The notes beneath the pieces are model-generated. The model was not told the DNA's origin. It ran no database searches and saw only the letters and a program-made list of their open reading frames with translations. From a virus (taxonomy: Duplodnaviria > Heunggongvirae > Uroviricota > Caudoviricetes): a DNA stretch of 7,202 nt. Positions 1-6,823 of the stretch are shown here, in pieces. Where the stretch lies: IMG/VR virus record IMGVR_UViG_2706794691_000013; one strand, written 5' to 3'. A program made the position numbers and the translations under genes. Numbering within the stretch: the stretch's first letter is position 1; each line of letters starts with the position of its first letter.

Positions 1-1
1 C

Positions 2-127
2 TCATGCCACGATCTAATCGACGGGCGGGTAAAAACCAGCGATTACACCAAAGAAGAATTGCGCCTGATGCATGCTGAAGGGGTTTTTCGCACACAAGAA
101 ATCTGGAGAAAGAAAGGTCATTTATGA
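2..127 (+). CDS. 3' end of an upstream gene (hypothetical protein, C-terminal 41 codons); start lies outside the window
   Basis: Frame 2 is open from the window edge to TGA at 125-127 (...DGRVKTSDYTKEELRLMHAEGVFRTQEIWRKKGHL*). Its stop overlaps the ATG at 124 as ATGA, a typical coupled junction. Function not recognised. Confidence 0.35.
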   Translation, partial: SCHDLIDGRVKTSDYTKEELRLMHAEGVFRTQEIWRKKGHL

Positions 128-598
128 TTTACCCAACGAATACAGGAAAAAGCGGAGAACACCTTCGCCTCACCACGCTGGAAAGTGTCTGGATTCAGGG
201 AAAACTACGTATGTGGGGGCGCTGGTCGTATATTGGCGGTGGCAGGTCAGAGAATGAAAAAAGCGGGAATAGAGAAAGCTGAGCTGGAAGCGTTTTTGCG
301 AGAGATGATCAACGGCAAGCAAAAGAGCTGGCTGGCGCATTGTACTGATGCAGAGGCGTTATGTATTGATCGAGTCATAAGTGAGGTGCTGGCAGAGCAT
401 CCAGGATTGATTTGCATTCTCCGGCAACGCTATGAAGGGCGGGGGATGACTAAGCGCAAAATGGCTGAATTGCTAAATGATGCACACCCAGAGTGGTGTT
501 TTAGCACATGCGAAAAACGGATTGCTAATTGGTTAGCTGTTGCTGAGTATGCCCTATATATTCCCATGCGTGAATCATTTGCTGAGAAAATGGCTTGA
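124..598 (+). pseudogene. Late antiterminator Q homolog (Phage_antitermQ-like), reading frame interrupted; the intact C-terminal ORF is 185/254..598
   Basis: ATG 124 with SD GGAG (104-107) opens a 52-codon frame-1 ORF (124..282) containing IQGKLRMWGRW, which resembles the N-terminal IQxxLxRWGxW motif of E. coli QuuD-type Q proteins (recalled from memory). Frame 2 (185..598) carries the conserved core CTDAEALCIDRV...RQRYEGRGMTKRKMAELL...EKRIANWLAVAEYAL. Both frames are open across 128-280; an A6 run at 257-262 is a plausible indel site. Position upstream of the lysis genes fits Q. Confidence 0.55.
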
Positions 599-678
599 TT
601 TCTTACGTATAAACTGCTTCAATTTTGCTATGCTTCGCAAAGCTGTATCGCGAGGCGGATTGCAGACATGGACATCGT

Positions 679-705
679 AAAAAAACCGCTTAATGCGGTT
701 TTTTT
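679..705 (+). terminator. Intrinsic (rho-independent) terminator, potentially bidirectional
   Basis: AAAAAAACCGC-TTAAT-GCGGTTTTTTT: stem AACCGC/GCGGTT (684-689 / 695-700), 5-nt loop, A-run upstream and 7-T run downstream; about 80 nt past the Q stop. Confidence 0.55.
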
Positions 706-1023
706 ACGTCAGGAAAGCAGGGGAGAATGCTGCTAGTTGGGCAACTGGTCTTTCTGCTCCAAATTATAACAGAGACCAGTTATAGTTTCGGTGCTGTGTT
801 TTTTTTACAATATTGTGATAACACATTGCTGGCGGGAGTTTTGATATTTCTTGGCAGGGGCTGATGATGCGTTATCCTGATGTCGTCAACTCATATAAAA
901 TGAGATGAGAGATCATTGCAGGGTGGTTTGTAATTCGCTGTTTAGCGGGACAATATGTTGTCTGATACAAGACACCCGACGCCTCAGATTACTATAATAA
1001 AGACGAAGCATCCTTTGTATTGA

Positions 1024-1051
1024 CCAACCGCCTGTTTAGGCGGTTCTTTTT
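1024..1051 (+). terminator. Intrinsic terminator (candidate tR'-like)
   Basis: Stem AACCGCC (1026-1032) / GGCGGTT (1039-1045), loop TGTTTA, followed by CTTTTT. Preceded by promoter-like hexamers AAGACA (969-974) and TATAAT (993-998). Confidence 0.5.
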
Positions 1052-1583
1052 GGGCTGGTTTATTGTATGCCAAATGATTATTAAAAAGGTTGTGTTAATA
1101 ACAAGATCCGAAATAATATGCCTGCATATTTTTATCTTGCTTATATTCTGCATATTGTGCATAGCAGGCTCATCCCTGCAATCAAAACTGTATGATGAGT
1201 ATTTTTTGTTTTCCTTTTTTCCAGTCATCTGATGATGACCTGCTTCTTTTTAATCCGGATCGACATCAGTTTTTTAAGATAATNNNNNNNNNNNNNNNNN
1301 NNNNNNNNNNNNNNNNNNNNNNNNNNNNNNNNNNNNNNNNNNNNNNNNNNNNNNNNNNNNNNNNNNNNNNNNNNNNNNNNNNNNNNNNNNNNNNNNNNNN
1401 NNNNNNNNNNNNNNNNNNNNNNNNNNNNNNNNNNNNNNNNNNNNNNNNNNNNNNNNNNNNNNNNNNNNNNNNNNNNNNNNNNNNNNNNNNNNNNNNNNNN
1501 NNNNNNNNNNNNNNNNNNNNNNNNNNNNNNNNNCTTTGTGTAAATGTTAACAAATGTGCGTTTTATTTGATCTGATTCGCTGT

Positions 1584-1613
1584 TTGAGCGTCCAAAACAA
1601 CGGTATATATAAT
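1584..1613 (+). promoter_or_regulatory. Candidate sigma70 promoter for the lipoprotein moron
   Basis: -35 TTGAGC (1584-1589), 18-nt spacer, -10 TATAAT (1608-1613) within TATATATAAT, about 30 nt upstream of ATG 1643 in an AT-rich tract. Hexamer match only. Confidence 0.3.
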
Positions 1614-1642
1614 CCTTTACTATATGACATATGTGAGGAAAA

Positions 1643-2071
1643 ATGGGTTTTCGTAGCGCATCAATTCTTACGTTGATTATTAGTGGGATTATTATCGGGT
1701 GCACTGATGCTGTATCGACAAATTATCATGACCGTACATCATATTACTCCGATAAAGCAATAGAGACACAGTATGTGAGTTCATCTGAACGTACTTCTGA
1801 TGTTAGTGAGGATATCCGTCTGTATGCCCATCAAATCAAGAGCGCCATCGAAAAACAGTTCGGGGATGCGAGTAAGTATTCAGGAAAAGAGTGTACACTG
1901 AGAATGCATATGGCCCCGAATGGCCTTCTACTGGAGGTTAAAAGAGAAAGTGGAGACCTCGATTTATGTCGTGAAGCGATGAATGCGATAAAGAATGCTG
2001 ATATACCTGCCCCCCCTTCGCCGGAAGTATATAAAGTATTTCAAAATGGGGTGCTGGATTTTAAACCCTGA
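1643..2071 (+). CDS. Lipoprotein with a TolA C-terminal (domain III)-like domain, copy 1; predicted outer-membrane lipoprotein
   Basis: Complete 142-aa ORF with SD GAGG (1635-1638). Signal peptide plus lipobox MGFRSASILTLIISGIIIG|C, with Thr at +2. The C-terminal ~80 aa (AHQIKSAIEKQFGDASKYSGKECTLRMHMAPNGLLLEVKRESGDLDLCREAMNAIKNADIPAPPSPEVYKVFQNGVLDFKP) closely matches the E. coli TolA C-terminus as I recall it (...AGQIKSAIESKFYDASSYAGKTCTLRIKLAPDGMLLDIKPEGGDPALCQAALAAAKLAKIPKPPSQAVYEVFKNAPLDFKP), including both Cys. Confidence 0.8.
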   Translation: MGFRSASILTLIISGIIIGCTDAVSTNYHDRTSYYSDKAIETQYVSSSERTSDVSEDIRLYAHQIKSAIEKQFGDASKYSGKECTLRMHMAPNGLLLEVKRESGDLDLCREAMNAIKNADIPAPPSPEVYKVFQNGVLDFKP

Positions 2072-2221
2072 TATTTATTGTTTTGTAATAAACGGTTTCG
2101 GCTTAGGTTTGTTCTGACACAGCTACGGCACTGAGCTAAATTTAGCGGATAGTCAGCTCTGAGCCAGTGGCGGACGTAACAACTACTATTGCTGAGATTT
2201 TAATGGATTGAGGAGCAAGAA

Positions 2222-2620
2222 GTGGGATTAAAGAAAATCGTTATGTTGACTTTTTGGGTCGGTTTTGTTGCGGGATGCACACCTTTACACCCTTCAGATT
2301 GCCACAAAACTACTGCTACAGGTAGTTGCAGTTCAGGACGCTGGGATGATCAGGATGAATGGGGGGCGCAAGCGCGGGGAATCAGAGCTGCAATTAATGC
2401 CAAACTTGATGAGCCGCATAACTGGAAAGGGAAAAAATGCAGGTTGCATATGGAATTCTCTCAGGATGGCACGGCGTTAAAAATATCTACCAGTAACGGT
2501 GATAAAGCCTATTGCGAAGCGATAAAGTCCGCAGCTCATAAAGCCAAATTTCCGGCCTTCAACAATCCGGAAGTCTACAGAGATTTTCAGAAATCTGGCT
2601 TTGACATGCNNNNNNNNNNN
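2222..2620 (+). CDS. Lipoprotein with a TolA domain III-like domain, copy 2 (diverged paralog); 3' end inside an N-mask, end coordinate estimated
   Basis: GTG 2222 with SD GAGGAG (2208-2213). Signal peptide plus lipobox MGLKKIVMLTFWVGFVAG|C, Thr at +2. The visible 129 aa align to copy 1 and TolA-III (KKCRLHMEFSQDGTALKIST...YCEAIKSAAHKAKFPAFNNPEVYRDFQKSGFDM), ending 2-4 codons before the expected C-terminus when masking begins at 2610. Confidence 0.7.
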
Positions 2621-2880
2621 NNNNNNNNNNNNNNNNNNNNNNNNNNNNNNNNNNNNNNNNNNNNNNNNNNNNNNNNNNNNNNNNNNNNNNNNNNNNNNNN
2701 NNNNNNNNNNNNNNNNNNNNNNNNNNNNNNNNNNNNNNNNNNNNNNNNNNNNNNNNNNNNNNNNNNNNNNNNNNNNNNNNNNNNNNNNNNNNNNNNNNNN
2801 NNNNNNNNNNNNNNNNNNNNNNNNNNNNNNNNNNNNNNNNNNNNNNNNNNNNNNNNNNNNNNNNNTGCGGAGGTGAGGCT

Positions 2881-3096
2881 ATGAAATCCATGGACAAAAT
2901 TTCAACAGGCATTGCCTACGGCACCTCCGCAGGCAGTGCTGGCTACTGGTTTTTACNNNNNNNNNNNNNNNNNNNNNNNNNNNNNNNNNNNNNNNNNNNN
3001 NNNNNNNNNNNNNNNNNNNNNNNNNNNNNNNNNNNNNNNNNNNNNNNNNNNNNNNNNNNNNNNNNNNNNNNNNNNNNNNNNNNNNNNNNNNNNNNN
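2881..3096 (+). CDS. Class II holin (phage 21 S-type pinholin) with dual-start motif; interior and 3' end masked, end estimated from the 71-aa family length
   Basis: SD GGAGG (2869-2873), 7 nt before ATG 2881. N-terminus [25 protein letters not shown] matches the phage 21 S21 / E. coli EssD-type holin N-terminus (recalled), with Met1 and Met4 as the antiholin/holin starts. Lies immediately upstream of a SAR endolysin. Confidence 0.65.
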
Positions 3097-3282
3097 NNNN
3101 NNNNNNNNNNNNNNNNNNNNNNNNNNNNNNNNNNNNNNNNNNNNNNNNNNNNNNNNNNNNNNNNNNNNNNNNNNNNNNNNNNNNNNNNNNNNNNNNNNNN
3201 NNNNNNAAACTAATACCAATAATCTTTCTGCTACAGCGATGGTTATTGGAGAGCTGGGGAAGAGAGCACCGAAGGAAATATG

Positions 3283-3780
3283 ATGCAGTCATCATTACGC
3301 AAAGCTGTCACAGCTGCTATTGGTGGCGGGGCTATTGCCATAGCGTCTATGCTCATCACTGGCCCAAGTGGTAACGATGGTCTGGAAGGTGTCAGTTACA
3401 TACCATACAAAGATATTGTTGGTGTATGGACTGTATGTCACGGGCATACAGGAAAAGACATCATGCTCGGTAAAACGTATACCAAAGCAGAATGCAAAAC
3501 ACTCTTGAATAAAGACCTTGCCACTGTCGCCAGACAAATTAACCCGTACATCAAAGTCGATATACCGGAAACAACGCGCGGCGCTCTTTACTCGTTCGTT
3601 TACAACGTGGGTGCTGGTAATTTCAGAACATCGACGCTTCTTCGCAAAATAAACCAGGGCGATATCAAAGGCGCATGTGATCAGCTACGTCGCTGGACAT
3701 ATGCTGGCGGTAAGCAATGGAAAGGTCTCATGACTCGTCGTGAGATTGAGCGTGAAATCTGTTTGTGGGGTCAGCAATGA
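3283..3780 (+). CDS. SAR (signal-arrest-release) endolysin, phage 21 R-type lysozyme (GH24)
   Basis: Complete ORF. G/A-rich weakly hydrophobic N-terminal SAR helix ([23 protein letters not shown]); E-8x-D-5x-T catalytic spacing (LEG..KD..WT) falls at E35/D44/T50 if translation starts at ATG 3283 (the adjacent ATG 3280 is an alternative); near-identical to phage 21 R as recalled. Stop TGA 3778-3780 overlaps the Rz ATG. Confidence 0.9.
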   Translation: MQSSLRKAVTAAIGGGAIAIASMLITGPSGNDGLEGVSYIPYKDIVGVWTVCHGHTGKDIMLGKTYTKAECKTLLNKDLATVARQINPYIKVDIPETTRGALYSFVYNVGAGNFRTSTLLRKINQGDIKGACDQLRRWTYAGGKQWKGLMTRREIEREICLWGQQ

Positions 3781-4241
3781 ACAGAGTAACCGCGATTATC
3801 TCCGCTCTGGTTATCTGCATCATCGTCTGCCTGTCATGGGCTGTTAATCATTACCGTGATAACGCCATTACCTACAAAGCCCAGCGCGACAAAAATGCCA
3901 GAGAACTGAAGCTGGCGAACGCGGCAATTACTGACATGCAGATGCGTCAGCGTGATGTTGCTGCGCTCGATGCAAAATACACGAAGGAGTTAGCTGATGC
4001 GAAAGCTGAAAATGATGCTCTGCGTGATGATGTTGCCGCTGGTCGTCGTCGGTTGCACATCAAAGCAGTCTGTCAGTCAGTGCGTGAAGCCACCACCGCC
4101 TCCGGCGTGGATAATGCAGCCTCCCCCCGACTGGCAGACACCGCTGAACGGGATTATTTCACCCTCCGGGAACGACTGGTAATGATGCAGGCCCAACTTG
4201 AAGGTGCTCAGCAATACATAACCGAGCAGTGTTTAAAGTAA
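3777..4241 (+). CDS. Rz: i-spanin Rz (inner-membrane spanin subunit)
   Basis: ATG 3777 overlaps the endolysin stop (ATGA). N-terminal TM helix ([20 protein letters not shown]) followed by a periplasmic coiled-coil-like region rich in A/E/R/D/K; stop TAA 4239-4241. Confidence 0.85.
   Translation: MNRVTAIISALVICIIVCLSWAVNHYRDNAITYKAQRDKNARELKLANAAITDMQMRQRDVAALDAKYTKELADAKAENDALRDDVAAGRRRLHIKAVCQSVREATTASGVDNAASPRLADTAERDYFTLRERLVMMQAQLEGAQQYITEQCLK
3997..4182 (+). CDS. Rz1: o-spanin Rz1 (outer-membrane lipoprotein), embedded in the +1 frame of Rz
   Basis: SD AAGGAG (3984-3989), 7 nt before ATG 3997. 61 aa with lipobox LVVVG|C and a proline-rich mature region ([16 protein letters not shown]); fully nested within Rz in a different frame. 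Confidence 0.85.
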   Translation: MRKLKMMLCVMMLPLVVVGCTSKQSVSQCVKPPPPPAWIMQPPPDWQTPLNGIISPSGNDW

Positions 4242-4439
4242 NNNNNNNNNNNNNNNNNNNNNNNNNNNNNNNNNNNNNNNNNNNNNNNNNNNNNNNNNNN
4301 NNNNNNNNNNNNNNNNNNNNNNNNNNNNNNNNNNNNNNNNNNNNNNNNNNNNNNNNNNNNNNNNNNNNNNNNNNNNNNNNNNNNNNNNNNNNNNNNNNNN
4401 NNNNNNNNNNNNNNNNNNNNNNNNNNNNNNNNNNNNNNN

Positions 4440-5897
4440 NNNNNNNNNNNNNNNNNNNNNNNNNNNNNNNNNNNNNNNNNNNNNNNNNNNNNNNAANNNN
4501 NNNNNNNNNNNNNNNNNNNNNNNNNNNNNNNNNNNNNNNNNNNNNNNNNNNNNNNNNNNNNNNNNNNNNNNNNNNNNNNNNNNNNNNNNNNNNNNNNNNN
4601 NNNNNNNNNNNNNNNNNNNNNNNNNNNNNNNNNNNNNNNNNNNNNNNNNNNNNNNNNNNNNNNNNNNNNNNNNNNNNNNNNNNNNNNNNNNNNNNNNNNN
4701 NNNNNNNNNNNNNNNNNNNNNNNNNNNNNNNNNNNNNNNNNNNNNNNNNNNNNNNNNNNNNNNNNNNNNNNNNNNNGTNNNNNNNNNNNNNNNNNNNNNN
4801 NNNNNNNNNNNNNNNNNNNNNNNNNNNNNNNNNNNNNNNNNNNNNNNNNNNNNNNNNNNNNNNNNNNNNNNNNNNNNNNNNNNNNNNNNNNNNNNNNNNN
4901 NNNNNNNNNNNNNNNNNNNNNNNNNNNNNNNNNNNNNNNNNNNNNNNNNNNNNNNNNNNNNNNNNNNNNNNNNNNNNNNNNNNNNNNNNNNNNNNNNNNN
5001 NNNNNNNNNNNNNNNNNNNNNNNNNNNNNNNNNNNNNNNNNNNNTTATAGACTTGCAGGAATGCCTTTGTTTGATGCTATTTGTCACGGGATTTCCACAG
5101 TTTCGCTTGGTGGTTTCTCAACTCATAGCGAGAGTATCGGATATTTTAATAACTATTTGGTTGAGCTGGTGGCTGGTTCTTTTTCCCTGCTATCGGCTTT
5201 CAACTTCACTCTTTGGTATATTGTTATTAGCAGAAAAACGATAAAACCTTTAATCAGAGATATTGAACTTCGTTTCTTTCTGTTAATAGCCTTAGGGGTG
5301 ATCATTGTTACCTCTTTCCAGGTCTGGCATATAGGTATGTATGACTTGCATGGAAGTTTTATTCATTCGTTTTTTCTTGCCAGCTCCATGCTCACTGATA
5401 ATGGTTTAGCTACGCAGGATTATGCAAACTGGCCCACGCACACGATAGTGTTTTTGCTGTTGTCAAGTTTCTTTGGGGGATGTATAGGTTCAACCTGTGG
5501 TGGAATTAAGTCACTTCGATTTCTTATACTTTTCAAACAAAGCAAACACGAGATAAATCAGCTTTCTCATCCCAGAGCGTTGTTGAGTGTAAATGTAGGA
5601 GGGAAGATAGTTACAGATCGTGTAATGAGGTCTGTATGGAGTTTCTTTTTTCTTTATACTCTCTTCACGGTGTTTTTTATACTGGTGTTAAATGGTATGG
5701 GATATGATTTTCTTACATCATTTGCAACAGTGGCTGCATGTATTAATAATATGGGATTAGGTTTTGGGGCTACTGCATCGTCATTCGGAGTGCTTAATGA
5801 CATTGCAAAATATTTAATGTGCATAGCTATGATTCTTGGTCGCCTTGAAATTTATCCTGTTATTATATTGTTTTCAGGTTTTTTTTGGCGCTCCTAA
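4440..5897 (+). CDS. trkG: Trk-system K+ uptake protein TrkG (TrkH family); N-terminal part lies in an N-mask and the start is estimated from the ~485-aa TrkG length
   Basis: Frame open from the mask edge (5046) to TAA 5895-5897; the visible 284 aa (YRLAGMPLFDAICHGISTVSLGGFSTHSESIGYF...GGIKSLRFLILFKQ...LEIYPVIILFSGFFWRS) show TrkH-family motifs and match the Rac prophage TrkG C-terminal half as recalled. Confidence 0.8.
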   Translation, partial: XXXXXXXXXXXXXXXXXXXXXXXXXXXXXXXXXXXXXXXXXXXXXXXXXXXXXXXXXXXXXXXXXXXXXXXXXXXXXXXXXXXXXXXXXXXXXXXXXXXXXXXXXXXXXXXXXXXXXXXXXXXXXXXXXXXXXXXXXXXXXXXXXXXXXXXXXXXXXXXXXXXXXXXXXXXXXXXXXXXXXXXXXXXXXXXXXXXXXXXXXXYRLAGMPLFDAICHGISTVSLGGFSTHSESIGYFNNYLVELVAGSFSLLSAFNFTLWYIVISRKTIKPLIRDIELRFFLLIALGVIIVTSFQVWHIGMYDLHGSFIHSFFLASSMLTDNGLATQDYANWPTHTIVFLLLSSFFGGCIGSTCGGIKSLRFLILFKQSKHEINQLSHPRALLSVNVGGKIVTDRVMRSVWSFFFLYTLFTVFFILVLNGMGYDFLTSFATVAACINNMGLGFGATASSFGVLNDIAKYLMCIAMILGRLEIYPVIILFSGFFWRS

Positions 5898-6034
5898 TAT
5901 ATGGCTGATTTATAATTGTGAGTTTAATATTATGTTGACTCACTCATTGATCCAATACCTAACTTTACCAGCAACACCTCCGCCCCCAGTAGCACTGGCT
6001 GCTGGGGTGCGTTTTATTCATAAAGCAAGGCTGT

Positions 6035-6823
6035 ATGAGCGAGAAATTAAAGATAGTCTATCGCCCATTACAAGAATTGTCACCGTATGCGCACAACGCC
6101 AGGACGCACAGTACTGAGCAGGTGGCACAACTGGTAGAAAGTATTAAGCAATTCGGCTGGACTAATCCGGTGCTGATTGACGAAAAGGGCGAAATTATTG
6201 CGGGTCACGGTCGTGTTATGGCGGCTGAAATGCTCAAAATGGATTCTGTTCCGGTCATTGTTCTGTCTGGCCTGACGGATGAGCAGAAAAAGGCGTACCG
6301 CCTGGCAGATAATCGCCTGCCGATGAATGCTGGCTGGGATGAAGATCTGTTGCGGATGGAGCTGTCGGACCTAATCAATGCTGATTTTGATGTCTCCCTG
6401 ACAGGCTTCATCCCGGCAGAAATTGATGAACTGTTGACGGATGTTTTGCCCGGTACAGGAAATGAGGAGGAGCCGTATACGACGAAAATTGATACGCCTG
6501 TTTATGAGCCGTCAGGCGGTAAACCGGATATCAGTGAACTGTACGACGATACGAAAACTCAGGAGCTGATCAGCCGGATACGTTCGGCGTCCCTTGATCC
6601 TGATATTGAGAAATTCCTCCTGTGTGCAGCAGAACGTCACACGGTGTTTAATTTCAGCAGAATTGCGGACTATTACGCTCATGCCCCCGCTGAAATTCAG
6701 TGCCTTTTCGAGGAGTCGGCGCTGGTGATCATTGATTATCAGCAGGCTATTGAAAATGGATTTGTCCGAATGACGCAGCGCATGGTGGAGATCATGCATG
6801 GCGGGGAGGAGGAATATGCGTGA
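6035..6823 (+). CDS. ynaK: ParB-like nuclease domain (ParB/Srx fold) protein, full-length YnaK-like
   Basis: Complete 262-aa ORF. N-terminal ParB-N-like domain with the GHGR motif (IIAGHGRVMAA) and an acidic C-terminal half; N-terminus matches E. coli K-12 Rac YnaK as recalled (that copy is truncated); sits directly downstream of trkG, as in Rac. Confidence 0.8.
   Translation: MSEKLKIVYRPLQELSPYAHNARTHSTEQVAQLVESIKQFGWTNPVLIDEKGEIIAGHGRVMAAEMLKMDSVPVIVLSGLTDEQKKAYRLADNRLPMNAGWDEDLLRMELSDLINADFDVSLTGFIPAEIDELLTDVLPGTGNEEEPYTTKIDTPVYEPSGGKPDISELYDDTKTQELISRIRSASLDPDIEKFLLCAAERHTVFNFSRIADYYAHAPAEIQCLFEESALVIIDYQQAIENGFVRMTQRMVEIMHGGEEEYA

Noticed and set aside
72-257. 61-aa ORF in frame 3 (MLKGFFAHKKSGERK...)
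   Set aside because: Overlaps the Q N-terminal region in another frame; no SD; the frame-1 ORF from ATG 124 has a good SD and a Q-like motif, so this is most likely a shadow ORF.
720-1020. Possible tRNA genes between Q and the lysis region (as in Stx phages)
   Set aside because: No cloverleaf-compatible sequence or T-loop-like GTTCGAATC motif was found by eye in the unmasked sequence; cannot exclude one inside masked block 1284-1533.
992-1232. Overlapping ORFs on both strands (992..1228 minus, 1020..1232 plus) in the AT-rich tract
   Set aside because: Low-complexity AT-rich translation products (I/L/F/K-rich), no convincing start signals, and they run through the terminator hairpin; typical AT-rich artefacts.
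1225-1704. Minus-strand ORFs spanning the N-mask 1284-1533
   Set aside because: Open only because N-runs contain no stop codons; the visible ends overlap the lipoprotein start region antisense and show no coding features.
2265-2480. 71-aa + strand ORF inside lipoprotein copy 2 in another frame
   Set aside because: Entirely nested in a gene with strong homology support; no SD; arginine-rich composition typical of an out-of-frame translation.
2559-3295. Minus-strand ORFs 2559..2912 and 2879..3295 and + ORF 2601..2876
   Set aside because: Their length is supplied almost entirely by masked N positions; the visible flanks are antisense to the lipoprotein and holin genes.
3295-3537. 80-aa minus-strand ORF antisense to the endolysin
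   Set aside because: Nested antisense within a highly supported, conserved gene; no start signal.
4229-5087. Long + and minus ORFs across the 4242-5044 mask
   Set aside because: Artefacts of N masking; the only real coding signal here is the trkG frame entering from the mask at 5046.
5053-5244. 63-aa + ORF overlapping the trkG frame
   Set aside because: Alternative frame within the trkG coding region; the TrkG frame has clear family motifs.
5984-6020. Hairpin CCCCAG...CTGGGG followed by GCGTTTTATT as a trkG terminator
   Set aside because: Stem is short with a 12-nt loop and the U-tract is interrupted; plausible but too weak to call as a feature.
5836-6117. 93-aa + ORF bridging the trkG end and the ParB-like start
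   Set aside because: Overlaps two well-supported genes in other frames and spans the intergenic hairpin; no SD.
6205-6799. Minus-strand ORFs 6205..6411 and 6512..6799 antisense to the ParB-like gene
   Set aside because: Nested antisense in a gene with clear domain motifs; R/S-rich composition typical of GC-rich antisense frames.
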